Source of the DNA: Thermodesulfobacteriota bacterium
GTDB taxonomy: Bacteria > Desulfobacterota > BSN033 > UBA1163
NCBI GenBank assembly: GCA_026415035.1
Contig: JAOAHX010000022.1
Span: 23,026 to 55,025, forward strand
Length of the DNA: 32,000 nt
Direction: 5' to 3'
Every line of letters begins with the position of its first letter. Within the stretch, counting starts at the first letter, position 1. Made by a program: the position numbers and the translations under genes. Below, piece after piece: positions 31,362 through 32,000 of the stretch. The notes beneath the pieces were generated by a model. That model did no database searches and was not told where the DNA came from. It saw only the letters and a program-made list of their open reading frames with translations.

Positions 31362-31484
31362 AAGGTCTGAAGCTGGGCGGAAAAGGTTTTTGAGCGGTTT
31401 GCCCGCTGAAGTGTGGTTTCGTCGATATCCGTGGATCCGAGAAGTGACCGTTGTCCAACAAAACGACCCCGATTGAGAGGAAAA

Positions 31485-31560
31485 GCGGGAGTAGCTCAGT
31501 TGGTAGAGCATCAGCCTTCCAAGCTGAGGGTCGCGGGTTCGATCCCCGTTTCCCGCTCCA
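31485..31560 (+). tRNA. tRNA-Gly (anticodon TCC), CCA encoded
   Basis: GCGGGAG...TTCCCGC acceptor stem with one G-U pair. D-arm TAGCTCAGTTGGTAGAGCA. Anticodon loop CTTCCAA. T-arm GCGGGTTCGATCCCCGT. Confidence 0.92.
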
Positions 31561-31606
31561 AAGAATACAACCTTACTTGGTGATAGAGGTTCCATTCAAG
31601 AGGAAG

Positions 31607-31634
31607 CCTGTCTCGATTCGCTGACAGGTTTTTT
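31607..31634 (+). terminator. intrinsic-terminator-like hairpin between tRNA-Gly and tRNA-Thr
   Basis: CCTGTC (31607-31612), a 10-nt loop, then GACAGG (31623-31628), followed by TTTTTT at 31629-31634. Confidence 0.45.
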
Positions 31635-31656
31635 ATTTATTTTTCTCATCACCCAT

Positions 31657-31732
<76 letters not shown>

Positions 31733-31787
31733 ACGAGGCGAGGCCTTTCGATCATCTTCTTTGGAGGAACTCAAGGAGGGAGGAGCC

Positions 31788-32000
31788 ATGTCGAAGCCGA
31801 AGTTTGAGAGGACGAAGCCGCATGTGAATGTGGGGACGATTGGGCATGTGGATCATGGGAAGACGACGTTGACGTCGGCGATTACGAAGGTGTTGTCGGC
31901 TCGGGGGTTGGCGCAGTATATGGCGTTTGATCAGATTGACAAGGCGCCGGAGGAGAAGGAGCGGGGTTTGACGATTGCGATTGCGCATGTGGAGTATGAG
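31788..32000 (+). CDS. tuf: elongation factor Tu, 5' part (runs off the window)
   Basis: ATG at 31788 follows an AAGGAGGGAGGAG SD. Sequence: [37 protein letters not shown]...[13 protein letters not shown], containing the G1 motif GHVDHGKT. It is absent from the ORF track because there is no stop in the window. Confidence 0.95.
   Translation, partial: MSKPKFERTKPHVNVGTIGHVDHGKTTLTSAITKVLSARGLAQYMAFDQIDKAPEEKERGLTIAIAHVEYE

Noticed and set aside
31752-31988. 78-aa Arg-rich minus-strand ORF opposite tuf
   Set aside because: It is a by-product of the G/T-only third positions of tuf, which remove stop codons on the complement. EF-Tu on the plus strand is unambiguous.

Overview
GC-rich bacterial chromosomal window with about 34 protein genes, mostly on the minus strand and tightly packed. 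Six gene pairs share 4-nt ATGA stop/start overlaps. I saw no rRNA, CRISPR array, transposase or integrase. Content from left to right: (i) an ECF sigma / zf-HC2 anti-sigma operon with two exported proteins, and a shared promoter-like motif in front of two of its transcription units; (ii) a GAF-HD-GYP protein followed by a YprA/MrfA-type DExH helicase (C-terminal 4-Cys DUF1998 module) and a YprB/MrfB-type RNase-H-fold exonuclease with TPRs; (iii) an MFS transporter and an FmdB-type zinc-ribbon gene; (iv) a minus-strand block of TRAP transporter dctPQM, a QueG/reductive-dehalogenase-like Fe-S protein, an exported protein and a Tat-signal DUF362 protein; (v) an orphan ADP-forming acyl-CoA synthetase alpha-type protein with a small membrane protein; (vi) a secreted esterase, an 8x CxxCH cytochrome c and an HD hydrolase. 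The most interesting region is (vii), a 10-gene minus-strand operon at about 21.1-30.1 kb under a divergent LysR regulator. It encodes three divergent UbiD-family (prFMN) enzymes, two KdsC-like HAD proteins whose motif I is DxHG instead of DxDG, an 85-aa Cys-free subunit candidate, an EntE/DhbE-type aryl-acid adenylating ligase, a flavin reductase, UbiX and an archaeal-type riboflavin kinase. This resembles phenylphosphate carboxylase and the putative benzene/naphthalene carboxylase loci but differs in composition, and no phenylphosphate synthase lies within the window. The window ends with tRNA-Tyr, tRNA-Gly, tRNA-Thr and the 5' end of tuf. The synonymous codon usage of tuf (third positions 52 G, 18 T, 1 C, 0 A) differs sharply from the neighbouring genes. 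All functional calls come from motif recognition by eye; no searches were run.
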